Shown: positions 27,037 to 39,983, counted from the first letter of the stretch. The stretch is DNA of 64,000 nucleotides from Anaeramoeba ignava BMAN (GCA_028826165.1 JAPDFW010000072.1:1-64000), one strand, 5' to 3'. Made by a program: numbers and translations. Notes: generated by a model not told the origin, from the letters alone.

Positions 27037-27586
27037 GATTTGATTTTGATTTTGATTTTGATTTTGATTTTGATTTTGATTTTAATTTTGGTTTTTATTT
27101 TGATTTTAATTTTGATTTTAATTTTGATTTTGATTTTGATTTTGATTTTGATTTTGATTTTAATTTTGGTTTTTGATTTTGATTTTGATTTTGATTTTGA
27201 TTTTGATTTTGATTTTGATTTTGATTTTGATTTTGATTTTAATTTTTAATTGATTTTGATTTTGATTTTGATTTTGATTTTGATTTTGATTTTGATTTTG
27301 ATTTTGATTTTGATTTTGATTTTAATTTGAATTTGATTTTAATTTTAATTTTGATTTTAATTTTAATTTAATTTTTAATTGATTTTGATTTTGATTTTGA
27401 TTTTGATTTTGATTTTGATTTTGATTTTGATTTTGATTTTAATTTGAATTTGATTTTAATTTTAATTTTGATTTTAATTTTAATTTAATTTTTAATTGAT
27501 TTTGATTTTGATTTTGATTTTGATTTTGATTTTGATTTTGATTTTGATTTTGATTTTGATTTTGATTTTGATTTTGATTTTGATTT
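27037..27586. repeat. (ATTTTG)n microsatellite at the left boundary of the 4-kb tandem duplication
   Basis: Directly visible; equivalent tracts at ~31265-31610 and ~35270-35450. Confidence 0.9.
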
Positions 27587-27703
27587 TATTTGGAAAATTT
27601 GAGATTAGAGAAAAAAAGTAAAAAAAGTGGAAAGTAAAAAAAGTAAAAAAAGTGGAAAGTAAAAAAAGTAAAAAGTAAAAAAATGAGAAAATGGAAAATG
27701 AAT

Positions 27704-30387
27704 TCAAAATACTTGAATTACTCCTGTTTGTTGGAGTTCTTTTTCTGTTTCTTTAACCATTTTCTTAATTCTTGTTTTTTTTCTTATCCAAAAGAAAAGT
27801 CCAATTCCTAAACTAATTACAACAACAGAAACAACAACTCCAACAGCTATTGTTGTTGTACTTGTTGATTTACTTGTTGATTTACTTGGAAATTTAGTTG
27901 TGATTAATGTACTTGAAGGAATTCCAGAATATTGATTAAAAGAACAATTTTCATTTGCTGATGAATAAATTGAAATTTCATAAGTTTCACCTCCATTTAA
28001 ATTTGAATTTGAATAATTTGTTGTTGAATTTGATAAACAAATTGATGTTGAATTGTAACTAAATGAATATCCTTTTAATCCTTCTGTTAAATTTAATGAA
28101 TTCCAATTACATTCAAATCCATTAATTAATGAAGAACAAATTAATGAAGTAATATTTCCTAATTTAGGTATAATTGAAATTGATGAACTGATTAATCCTA
28201 AAAACTCATTTTCACAATTTAAATCAAAACATGCTCGAATTGAAACTTCATATTCAATATTTCCCGATAATTCACTTTTTATTCCAATAATTTCATTTCC
28301 ATTTGAATTAATTGTTGTGAAATTTTCCCAATTAGTTTCATTATCAATCGAAATCAAATAATTTTGAGCTTTTGATATTTTTGTAAAATTCAATTCAATT
28401 TCTTCAATTTTCGAAAATGATGAATAAATTGAAGGAGAAGGTAATTTATCAGTTATTATTGTTATTGTTTTTATTTCTCCACAAATATTATTTGAATCAC
28501 ATGCTGAAATATTAATTTGATATTCTTGATTTGGAAATTGAGCTGTAAAATTTTGAATTGTTAAATTTTGTTGATAATTTCCTGAATCATTTTGAGAATT
28601 TGCTTGATAAGTGAAATTATAATATAATGGAATAGAACAGTTGAAAGGTGATTCCCAACTACAATTAACATCAAAAACATTTAAAATTGAACATGAAATG
28701 TTTGAAATTTGTGAAAAAATTGTTGAAATTGCTGATCTAGCAATGTCTCCTATATCATATCCTCCACATGATTCTGTTCTACATGCAAAAATTGAAACAT
28801 TATAAGAAGTTTCACATCCTAAATCAGTTAAAATTTGAGAAGTTGAAGAATTATCTACTGAAATGATCGAGGTTGGAAATTGTTGAGATGAATTGAAATA
28901 ATAAATCCTATAATGATCAAGATGAGGAATTCCATCAATAATCTGAACATTTGGAACATTCCATGTAACATTAATTGAATTATTTGTTGGATTTAAACTT
29001 AAATTTTGAACTGAATCAATTCTTGTTGTTAAATTATATGCTAATGAAGGATCACCACATTGAAGTGAAATAGGATTACAACCTTTGATTTGAATTGAAT
29101 AATATTCATTTCCAGTAATATTAGGATAAATTGAAGAATTGAATTGTTGATAATAAACAAGTCCATCTTGAATTGGAGATTGAATATCAATCCAACCAAA
29201 TCCATAATCAATTTGATAATTCAAATCTGGAAATTCAGATTGATTCCAATAACATTGAAAATATGAAAACAAACCAGTACAATTAAAAATAAGTCCTTGT
29301 GGAATAGGAGAACGGGCATAAAGAAAAACTTGACTTCCATATCCTGAAGTTTTAATTCCAATATAATTCTCAGAAACTGAAACATTATTTCCAAACACTG
29401 GATACGAAGATGTCAAAACAGTTTCAAGAATCCATTTTGTTCCAATAAGCCGATAAACAAATACTTCTTTTGAGCCAGGAGCTCCAATAACAAGAAAACT
29501 TGAAGAAACTGAAATACTACTTCCAAAAGCTGAACCATAAGTTCCATTAAGAGTATCATCAAGATTCCAAAATGAACCATTGTATTTGTAAATCAATGTT
29601 TGATTTGACAAAGGAAGTCCTATAAAAAGATAATTACCCGAAATTGCAATAACATCACCAAAACCTGATGAACCTTCAGTTCCATTCAAAATAGCTTCAG
29701 AATTCCATTTAGTTCCATTATATCTATAAATCAATACTTGATTTTCATCTCCAACAACAACAACCATTCCAGAAACTGCAACAGTGTGTCCAAAAGAACT
29801 AGAAGTTCGAGTTAAAGTTGTATTCAAATTCCAAGTTCCATAATAAGTATAAATCAAAACTTGATTTGCTCCAGGAACTCCAACAGCAAGAACATCATCA
29901 GAAATTGATACTATTGTTGTGAATTGTCCTTCAGAAGCTTGCAAAATCCAATGACAATCTGTGAAAGGCCCTGCCCCACCACTATCGCAAACAACTGCAC
30001 AAATATAGCATACATAAGCTCCATCACCATAACCAGTACTGTAACAATATCCATCTGTTCCACTAGCCAAAGAACCCCTGAAGTCATGGAAACACTAGCT
30101 CCAAAATTTACTACATTCAAAGGAGGTGTCAAAGTGTAATAGTTATACCAAGTATATCCTCCATCATATCCATAAAGAAGTATGTGATCAGAATCTGGAA
30201 CAGCAACAGCAACAACATTATTCCAGGATGAAATTGAAGAACTACTTGGTGATGAAGCTGATTGTATAAACTTCCACATATAACCTGAATATGTATAAGA
30301 AGGATCTGTTTCTTTTAAGTTTGAAATTTCTTCAGAATTAATTGATAAAATCAAAATAGCAAAAATAAAGAGAATTGAAGTATTCAT
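27704..30387 (-). pseudogene. Copy 1 of the FG-GAP beta-propeller + fibronectin type III type-I membrane receptor, frameshifted by a 2-nt insertion at ~30075-30078
   Basis: Colinear with the intact copy at 31704-34388. Copy 2 reads CCA GGT TCT where copy 1 reads TCA GGG GTT CT, splitting it into the 158-aa and 788-aa ORFs. A consensus error cannot be excluded. Confidence 0.7.
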
Positions 30388-31703
30388 TTTTGTTTTTCTA
30401 TTTTGTTTATTTTTTGATTTATTTTAAAAAATTTATTTATTTAATTAATTAATTAATTAAAAACAATAAAAAGAGAAAAAAAAAATTTAAATCCACATTT
30501 TTATTTTATAAAAAAAAAAGAAGAAAAAAAAAGATGATGATGATTAATTATTTTGTTATTGATTTAGTTATTATCAATTAAAAAAAAAGAAAAAAAACAA
30601 AAAAAAATTTATTTCTTTCCCTTTGTTTTTGTTTTAAATTTATTTTTGTTTTAATTTAATTTGTTTTGTTTTATTTTGTTTTAATTTAATTTAATTTGTT
30701 TTAAATTTAATTTGTTTTGTTATATTTTGTTTTTGTTTTTGATTTGAAAATTACTTAATAATTTTGTAAAGCTGAAATCTTCAAAAAAAATAAATTTGAA
30801 AAAGAAAAATAAAATGGACAGAAAGAAAATTTTTTTTTAAATAAAAAAAGGAAAAAAAAAAATTTGTTTTGTTTTGTTTTGTTTTGTTTTGTTAAAAGAG
30901 AATTGATCATTATCAAAAAATAAAAAGTGGACAATTATTATATTCCCTTTTTAATAATAATTTTAATAATAATAATAATGATAATGTGTTGGAAATTTCA
31001 TAATAAAAAAGGAAATTAAAAAAAAATATTTAAATTACAATTTAAATAAAAAATTTCTATTAAGTATTTAATACAATATGATCAATATTTCCTCATAAAT
31101 GTTTTTTAATCAAAAATGAATAAAACAATTTTTTTTTTGTTTTTTCCACATTTCCCTTTTTTTTTTTTAAACAAAAAATGGAATTTATTATTTATTAAAT
31201 TTATTTAAAAATCAAATTTAATAATTTGTAAAAAACAATTTCTTTTCTTTCTTTCTTTCTTTTATTTTGAATTTAATTTGATTTTGATTTTGATTTTGAT
31301 TTTAATTTTGATTTTGATTTTTGATTTTATTTTTAATTTTAATTTGATTTTGATTTTTATTTTGATTTTGATTTTGATTTTGATTTTGATTTTGATTTTA
31401 ATTTGATTTGATTTTGATTTTGATTTTGATTTTGATTTTGATTTTAATTTTGATTTTGATTTTGATTTTGATTTTGATTTTGATTTTAATTTTAATTTTG
31501 ATTTTAATTTAATTTTAAATTGATTTTGATTTTGATTTTGATTTTGATTTTGATTTTGATTTTGATTTTGATTTTGATTTTGATTTTGATTTTGATTTTG
31601 ATTTTGATTTTATTTGGAAAATTTGAGATTAGAGAAAAAAAGTAAAAAAAGTGGAAAGTAAAAAAAGTAAAAAGTAAAAAAAATGAGAAAATGGAAAATG
31701 GAT

Positions 31704-34388
31704 TCAAATTACTTGAATTCCTCCTGTTTTTTGAAGTTCTTTTTCTGTTTCTTTAACCATTTTCTTAATTCTTGTTTTTTTTCTTATCCAAAAGAAAAGT
31801 CCAATTCCTAAACTAATTACAACAACAGAAACAACAACTCCAACAGCTATTGTTGTTGTACTTGTTGATTTACTTGTTGATTTACTTGGAAATTTAGTTG
31901 TGATTAATGTACTTGAAGGAATTCCAGAATATTGATTAAAAGAACAATTTTCATTTGCTGATGAATAAATTGAAATTTCATAAGTTTCACCTCCATTTAA
32001 ATTTGAATTTGAATAATTTGTTGTTGAATTTGATAAACAAATTGATGTTGAATTGTAATTAAATGAATATCCTTTTAATCCTTCTGTTAAATTTAATGAA
32101 TCCCAATTACATTCAAATCCATTAATTAATGAAGAACAAATTAATGAAGTAATATTTCCTAATTTAGGTATAATTGAAATTGATGAACTGATTAATCCTA
32201 AAAATTCATTTTCACAATTTAAATCAAAACATGCTCGAATTGAAACTTCATATTCAATATTTCCTGATAATCCACTTTTTATTCCAATAATTTCATTTCC
32301 ATTTGAATTAATTGTTGTGAAATTTTCCCAATTAGTTTCATTATCAATTGAAATTAAATAATTTTGAGCTTTTGATATTTTTGTAAAATTCAATTCAATT
32401 TCTTCAATTTTCGAAAATGATGAATAAATTGAAGGAGAAGGTAATTTATCAGTTATTATTGTTATTGTTTTTATTTCTCCACAAATATTATTTGAATCAC
32501 ATGCTGAAATATTAATTTGATATTCTTGATTTGGAAATTGAGCTGTAAAATTTTGAATTGTTAAATTTTGTTGATAAATTCCTGAATCATTTTGAGAATT
32601 TGCTTGATAAGTGAAATTATAATATAATGGAATAGAACAGTTGAAAGGTGATTCCCAACTACAATTAACATCAAAAACATTTAAAATTGAACATGAAATG
32701 TTTGAAATTTGTGAAAAAATTGTTGAAATTGCTGATTTAGCAGTGTCTCCTATATCATATCCTACACATGATTCTGTTCTACATGCAAAAATTGAAACAT
32801 TATAAGAAGTTTCACATCCTAAATCAGTTAAAATTTGAGAAGTTGAAGAATTATCTACTAAAATGATCGAGGTTGGAAATTGTTGAGATGAATTGAAATA
32901 AGAAAGTTTATAATGATCAAGATGAGGAATTCCATCAATAATCTGAACATTTGGAAAATTCCATGTAACATTAATTGAATTATTTGTTGGATTTAAACTT
33001 AAATTTTGAACTGAATCAATTCTTGTTGTTAAATTATATGCTAATGAAGGATCACCACATTGAAGTGAAATAGGATTACAACCTTTGATTTGAATTGAAT
33101 AATATTCATTTCCAGTAATATTAGGATAAATTGAAGAATTGAATTGTTGATAATAAACAAGTCCATCTTGAATTGGAGATTGAATATCAATCCAACCAAA
33201 TCCATAATCAATTTGATAATTCAAATCTGGAAATTCAGATTGATTCCAATAACATTGAAAATATGAAAACAAACTAGTACAATTAAAAATAAGTCCTTGT
33301 GGAATAGGAGAACGGAGATAAACAAAAACTTGATTTGTGCCATATCCTGAATTTTTAATTGAAAGATAATCTTGAGAAACTGAAACATTACTTCCAAACA
33401 AATAATACAAAGATGTCAAAACAGTTTCAAGAATCCATTTTGTTCCAATAAGCCGATAAACAAATACTTCTTTTGAGCCAGGAGCTCCAATAGCAAGATA
33501 ACTTGAAGAAACTGAAATACTACTTCCAAAAGCTGAACCATAAGTTCCATTAAGAGTATCATCAAGATTCCAAAATGAACCATTGTATTTGTACATCAAT
33601 GTTTGATTTGACAAAGGAAGTCCTATAAAAAGATAATTACCCGAAATTGCAATAATATCACCAAAACCTGATGAATCTTCAGTTCCATTCAAAATAGCTT
33701 CAGAATTCCATTTAGTTCCATTATATCTATAAATTAATACTTTATTTTCATCTCCAACAACAACAACCATTCCAGAAACTGCAACAGTGTGTCCAAAAGA
33801 ACTAGAAGTTCGAGTTAAAGTTGTATTCAAATCCCAAGTTCCATAATAAGTATAAATCAAAACTTGATTTGCTCCAGGAACTCCAACAGCAAGAACATCA
33901 TCAGAAATTGATACTATTGTTGTGAATTGTCCTACAGAAGCTTGCAAAATCCAATGACAATATGTGAAAAGTCCTCCCTCACCATGCATACAAACAACTG
34001 CACAAATATGACATACATAAGCTCCATCACCATAACCATAACTGGTACAATATCCATCTGTTCCACTAGCCAAAGAACCTGGAGTCATGGAAACACTAGC
34101 TCCAAAATTTACTACATAGGAAGGAGGTGTCAAAGTGTAATAGTTATGCCAAGTATATCCTCCATCATATCCATAAAGAAGTATGTGATCAGAATCTGGA
34201 ACAGCAACAGCAACAACATTATACCAGGATGAAATGGAAGAACCACCTGATGTTAAAGTAGATTCTTTCAACTTCCACATATAACCTGAATATGTAGAAG
34301 AAGGATCTGTTTCTTTTAAGTTTGAAATTTCTTCAGAATTAATTGATAAAATCAAAATAGCAAAAATAAAGAGAATTGAAGTATTCAT
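31704..34388 (-). CDS. Type-I membrane receptor: signal peptide, FG-GAP-like propeller repeats, several FN3 domains, TM helix, short basic tail
   Basis: Signal MNTSILFIFAILILSINS; repeats FGASVSM, VGVPGANQVLIY, FGHTVAVSG, FGDIIAISGNYLFIGLP, FGSSISVSSSYLAIGAPG; FN3 signatures SINVTW, LTDLGCETSYNVSIFAC, LNGGETYEISIYS; TM IAVGVVVSVVVISLGIGLFFWI followed by RKK. Confidence 0.85.
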   Translation of the reverse strand: MNTSILFIFAILILSINSEEISNLKETDPSSTYSGYMWKLKESTLTSGGSSISSWYNVVAVAVPDSDHILLYGYDGGYTWHNYYTLTPPSYVVNFGASVSMTPGSLASGTDGYCTSYGYGDGAYVCHICAVVCMHGEGGLFTYCHWILQASVGQFTTIVSISDDVLAVGVPGANQVLIYTYYGTWDLNTTLTRTSSSFGHTVAVSGMVVVVGDENKVLIYRYNGTKWNSEAILNGTEDSSGFGDIIAISGNYLFIGLPLSNQTLMYKYNGSFWNLDDTLNGTYGSAFGSSISVSSSYLAIGAPGSKEVFVYRLIGTKWILETVLTSLYYLFGSNVSVSQDYLSIKNSGYGTNQVFVYLRSPIPQGLIFNCTSLFSYFQCYWNQSEFPDLNYQIDYGFGWIDIQSPIQDGLVYYQQFNSSIYPNITGNEYYSIQIKGCNPISLQCGDPSLAYNLTTRIDSVQNLSLNPTNNSINVTWNFPNVQIIDGIPHLDHYKLSYFNSSQQFPTSIILVDNSSTSQILTDLGCETSYNVSIFACRTESCVGYDIGDTAKSAISTIFSQISNISCSILNVFDVNCSWESPFNCSIPLYYNFTYQANSQNDSGIYQQNLTIQNFTAQFPNQEYQINISACDSNNICGEIKTITIITDKLPSPSIYSSFSKIEEIELNFTKISKAQNYLISIDNETNWENFTTINSNGNEIIGIKSGLSGNIEYEVSIRACFDLNCENEFLGLISSSISIIPKLGNITSLICSSLINGFECNWDSLNLTEGLKGYSFNYNSTSICLSNSTTNYSNSNLNGGETYEISIYSSANENCSFNQYSGIPSSTLITTKFPSKSTSKSTSTTTIAVGVVVSVVVISLGIGLFFWIRKKTRIKKMVKETEKELQKTGGIQVI

Positions 34389-34854
34389 TTTTGTTTTTCT
34401 ATTTTGTTTATTTTTTGATTTATTTTAAAAAATTTATTTATTAATTAATTAATTAATTAATTAAAAACAATAAGAAGAGAAAAAAAAATTTAAATCCACA
34501 TTTTTATTTTATAAAAAAAAAAGAAAAAAAAAAGATGATGATGATTAATTATTTTGTTATTGATTTAGTTATTATCAATTAAAAAAAAAGAAAAAAAACA
34601 AAAAAAAATTTCTTTCCCTTTGTTTTTGTTTTAAATTTAATTTTTTTTTGTTTTAATTTGATTTGTTTTAAATTTAATTTAATTTGTTTTTGTTTTAATT
34701 TAATTTGTTTTGTTTTAATTTGTTTTTGTTTTTGATTTAAAAATTACTTAATAATTTTGTAAAGCTGAAATCTTCAAAAAAAAATAAATTTGAAAAAGAA
34801 AAATAAAATGGACAGAAAGAAAATTTTTTTTTAAATAAAAAAAGGAAAAAAAAA

Positions 34855-34886
<32 letters not shown>

Positions 34887-35479
34887 GTTTTGTTTTATTT
34901 TGTTTTGTTAAAAGAGAATTGATCATTATTAAAAAATAAAAAGTGGACAATTATTATATTCCCTTTTTAATAATAATTTTAATAATAATAATAATAATGT
35001 GTTGGAAATTTCATTATAAAAAAGGAAATTAAAAAAAAATATTTAAATTACAATTTAAATAAAAAATTTCTATTAAGTATTTAATACAATATGATCAATA
35101 TTTCCTCATAAATACTTTTTAATCAAAAATGAATAAAACAATTTTTTTTTTGTTTTTCCACATTTCCCTTTTTTTTTAAACAAAAAATGGAATTTATTAA
35201 TTATTAAAATTAAAATAAAAATCAAATTTAATAATTTGTAAAAAACAATTTCTTTCTTTCTTTCTTTTAATTTGATTTTAATTTTAATTTTGATTTTAAT
35301 TTTGATTTTGATTTTGATTTAATTTAATTTTGATTTTGATTTTGATTTTGATTTTGATTTTAAATTTGATTTTAATTTTGATTTTAAATTTGATTTTGAT
35401 TTTGATTTTGATTTTAATTTGATTTTAATTTTAATTTGATTTTAATTTGTAAAAAAAAAAGATCAAAATTAAAATTAAA

Positions 35480-38400
35480 AAAAAGAAGAAGATCAATTAA
35501 TTTATTTCTTTTTTTTTAAATTATTAAGAACAGAACTTCCTTTTTTTTGAATTTCTTGATTTTTTGGAAAATTTTTCATTGCTTTTTTTATAATTTGTTG
35601 AATTTTTTTTAATTCTCTCATTTCTTTTTGATTTTATATTTTTTAAAAATGGATTATTAATTAATTTTTAAATTTATTTGGAAAAAAAGAATTAAGTAAT
35701 TTTAAAAAATAAAATTTACCTAAATTAGAAGAAATGTTATTTAAAGCTCCACATCCTTGATATTGAATATTTTCAATATTTGGAAAATTCTTCATTGTTT
35801 GGATAATCAATTCAATTCCTTTTAATTCTCTTATTTCTTTTTGATTTTCTATTTTTTAAAATTGGATTATTAATTAATTTTTGAATTTATTTGGAAAAAG
35901 AATTAAATAATTTTAAAAAATAAAATTTACCTAAATTAGAAGAAATGTTATTTAAAGCTCCACATCCTTGATATTGAATATCTTCAATATTTGGAAAATT
36001 CTTCATTGTTTGGATAATCAATTCAATTCCTTTTAATTCTCTTATTTCTTTTTGATTTTCTATTTTTTAAAATTGGATTATTAATTAATTTTTGAATTTA
36101 TTTGAAATGATTTATGATTTTTTGTTCTTTATTTACTAGCAGAAACACAAATGATTCTTAAAGCCCAACATCCATTTTCTTGAATATTGTTATTTTCTGG
36201 GAAATTTTGCATTGCATCTATAATTGGTTGGATTGCAGGCATATTTTTTAATTCTTTTTCTTTTTCTTTTAATTTAATTTAATTTTGATTTGAATTTTGA
36301 TTTGAATTTTGATTTGATTTTGATTTTATATTAAATTTTTACTTTTCTCATCAATAATATTTCTTAAAGTTCCAAGCCCATTTCTTTGAATTTCTTGATT
36401 TTTTGGAAAATTATTTATTGCTTGAATAATTGGTTTTATTCCTTTTAAATCTCTTATTTCTTTTTGTTCATCTATATTTTTTTAAAAAAAAGAAAATTTT
36501 GATTTAATTAAATTTGATTTGATTATTTTTGGATTTTCTTTTTTTATTTACCAGATTTGAATAAAAAAATATTCCTTAAAGCCCAACATGCCTCATATTG
36601 AATATCTTCATTTTTTGGAAATTTGGTCATTGCTCTTATAATTGGTTCAAGTCCTTTTGCTTCTTTGAATTTTTTTTTATTTTCTTTTTTTGATTTAGGA
36701 ATAAATAATAAAAATTGAATATCAAATATTAATTATTAATTTAATTGTTTCATTTACCCGGACTACCAATCAAATTCTTTAAAGCTCCACAACCATTTTC
36801 TTGAATAAGTCCATGATCAGGAAATCTATTCATTGCGTTGATAATTGTTTTAATTCCTCCAAATTTTGCAATCTCTTTTTCATTTTCTATTTTTTAAATA
36901 CAATTTGTTTTTTGTTAATTATTTAATTTTTTTATTTCGTTTTTTTTGTTTATTTACCTCGATCAGAAGCAAGATTCAATAAAGCCCAACTTGCCTCATA
37001 TTGAATCTGTTCTTCATTTGGAAGATTAATCATTGCTTTTATAATTGGTTCAATTCCTTCTAATTCTTTAATCTTTTTTTTATTATCTATATTTGATTTA
37101 GATTTAGATTTAGATTTAGATTTAGATTTATATTTATATTTAGATTTATATTTATATTTATATTTAGATTTATATTTATATTTATATTTAGATTTAGATT
37201 TAGATTTATATTTATATTTATATTTAGATTTATATTTAGATTTAGATTTATATTTATATTTAGATTTAGATTTAGATTTAGATTTAATTTAATTACCACT
37301 AAATAGAGCAATATTAATCAAAATTGCAATTGATTTTTCTTGAATTTCTTTATTAATTGGGAAATTGTTCATTGATTTAATAATTATTTCAGTTCCACTC
37401 CAACTAGCAATTTCTTTTCCTTTTTCTTTTCTTTGATCACGATCATCTTTTTAGTATTTTTATTAAATATTAAAAATTAAATATTAAATATTAAATATTA
37501 ATTTTTATGTAATAGTTAATTTACTTTCCAATCCTCCTGAAAGTTTTTTTAAGATATAAAGACAATTTTGTAAAATGACTTGATTATTTTGAAATTGATA
37601 CATTGCTTTGATAATTATTTCTATTTTTTGATCTTCTCCAATTCCTAAATTTTTTTTTTTTTTGGGATCTTTCAAATTTATTTTTTGAATTGAATTGAAT
37701 TGAATTGAATTGAATCGATTTGATTTGATTTTTCATCTTACTTTGGATAAAAGGAGATATACTATCTAAAATTTGGAATATTTCCTTTTCAATATTTTCA
37801 TCATTAGGGAAATTATTTATTGATTTCATAACTTCTTCAATTCCTTGATTTACTATTGTTTGATCCTGAACATCTTTGAAAGAAGTTTTAAATTGAAAAT
37901 TTGGATTTTTTTTTTTCAATAAAAATGATTTCAATAAATAATGATAAATGATAAAAAAAAATATAAACTTGAATTTAATTTGTTTACTTTGATTTTGTTG
38001 AAAATATTTTTGTATAAGAATACGTCCATTGGTTTGAATATTTTTATTTGTTGGATGTCTGTTCATAAAAGTTATTGTTTCTTTAATAGAATCTTTTTTT
38101 GATTTGATTTGATTTGATTTGATTAATAAATGAAAAAATTTTTAAATTATAAATTAAAATTATAAATTAGTTACTCTCATCTAAATTTGTTGTTTGATTT
38201 TGAAAATTTTCTATTTTGTCTTCTGCAAATGTTTCTGGTGTAAATACTGCAATTTTTTTGATTTTTTCTTGTTGATTTTTGATTTGAATCTCTTGTTTAT
38301 TATTTGATTCTTGAAGTTTTCGATTTTCTTGATTTAAATCTCGAAGTTTTTGATTTAGTAATTCAAATTGTTTATCAGTTGGTAAAAGTGGATTTTTTTT

Positions 38401-39972
38401 TGGAGAAGGATATACATTTTGAGCATTTTTAATATTGTCAATAATATCATGAAAATCCTGAATATCATTATTGATTTGTTGAATTTGGAACGCATCAATA
38501 TATTTATCTCTATCTATTAAATTTTTGTTGTTTTTTTTGTATTTCTCCTTCCAATCTTTAGATAATTTCCAAATTAAATTTATTTTCTCTTTTTTTGATG
38601 TTTTTTGAATCTCTTCGATAATTTCTGTTAATTCTTTATTATTGATTGATCCAACTTGTTTTTGTTCAATAATATTATCAATATTTTCTTCAATATACTT
38701 TTCACAAAAAATTGTAAGAAAATTTGATTTAATTGAAATACTTTTGAAATAAATAGAAATAACATTTTTTTCATTAACTTGATTAGAAACTTCTTTTTCG
38801 ATATTGATTCTTAAATTTGCTAATTTAAAATGTTTTGCAAGTTTAAAATATTTATCAAATTCGCTTAAATTAAATTCAAATTTTGCATCATAAAAAAATG
38901 AGATTATTGGTTTAACAATATCATATTCAAATTTTGGAAGATATAATTCATCAATTTCTGAATTTTCATGAAGTTTTTCATAAAAGAATCTTGATCTTGA
39001 ATTAAGTATTGGTTTATGGCAAAGAATCTTTTCTTTATTTCCAGCATAAATTGTAAAATCACAATTTTCTTCATTTTGAAACATTGTTTTATAATTTGAA
39101 AGAAGTTCACAAATTAAAAATGAATTAAATTTTTGAGAAGAAAATTCATATAATTTTAATAGTTCAATTTTGCCGGGTTGTTTTTCAGAATAAATTTCTT
39201 GAAATGAAACATTTTCATTTTCATTTTCAATTTGATTTTGATTTTTTAATTGATTTTGAATTTTTAATTGATTTTGATTTTGATTTTGATTTTGATTTTG
39301 ATTTTGATTTTGATTTTTTAATTGATTTTGAATTTGAATTTGATTTTGATTTTGATTTTGATTTTGATTTTGAATTTGATTTTGATTTTGATTTTGAATT
39401 TGATTTTGATTTTGATTTTGATTTTGATTTTGATTTTGATTTTGATTTTTTTTTGTGCTTTTCTTATTATTATGATGGTGATGATGATGATGATGATGAG
39501 ATTTTTTTCTTGATTCGTGTTTTAAATTTCCCATTGATTTTGAAATAGGGTTTGATTTTAATTTTGACTTTAAATTTGCCATTGATTTTGAAATAGGATT
39601 TGGTTGTGGGTTTGATTTAGATTTTGATTTTGAATTTGATTTTGAATTTGATTTTGAATTTGATTTTGATTTTGATTTAGATTTTGAATTTGATTTTGAA
39701 TTTGAATTTGAATTTGATTTTGAATTTGAATTTGATTTTGATTTTGATTTTGATTTTGATTTTGATTTTGATTTTGAATTTGATTTTGATTTTGATTTTG
39801 ATTTTGATTTTGATTTTGATTTTGATTTTGATTTTGAATTTGATTTTGATTTTGATTTTGAATTTGATTTTGATTTTGATTTTGATTTTGATTTTGATTT
39901 TGATTTTGATTTAGATTTTAATTTTGATTCAGAATCATTTTGTAAATTAATTTTATCTGTAGATTGACTCAT
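35480..39972 (-). CDS. BTB/POZ + coiled-coil + armadillo-repeat protein, ~13 exons, with an SK/NQ low-complexity N-terminus
   Basis: BTB motif [37 protein letters not shown]. After a donor at 38174, a series of GT-AG-bounded exons each encode an ARM repeat (e.g. [37 protein letters not shown]; [37 protein letters not shown]). The 3' end is approximate. Confidence 0.85.
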
Positions 39973-39983
39973 TTTATTTTTAT

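Larger units (their letters stand above)
27590..35265. repeat. Direct tandem segmental duplication, unit ~4.0 kb (gene plus ~850 bp upstream region)
   Basis: Start codons at 30387 and 34388; near-identical upstream non-coding sequence (30388-31260 vs 34389-35265) and 3' sequence. Confidence 0.95.
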
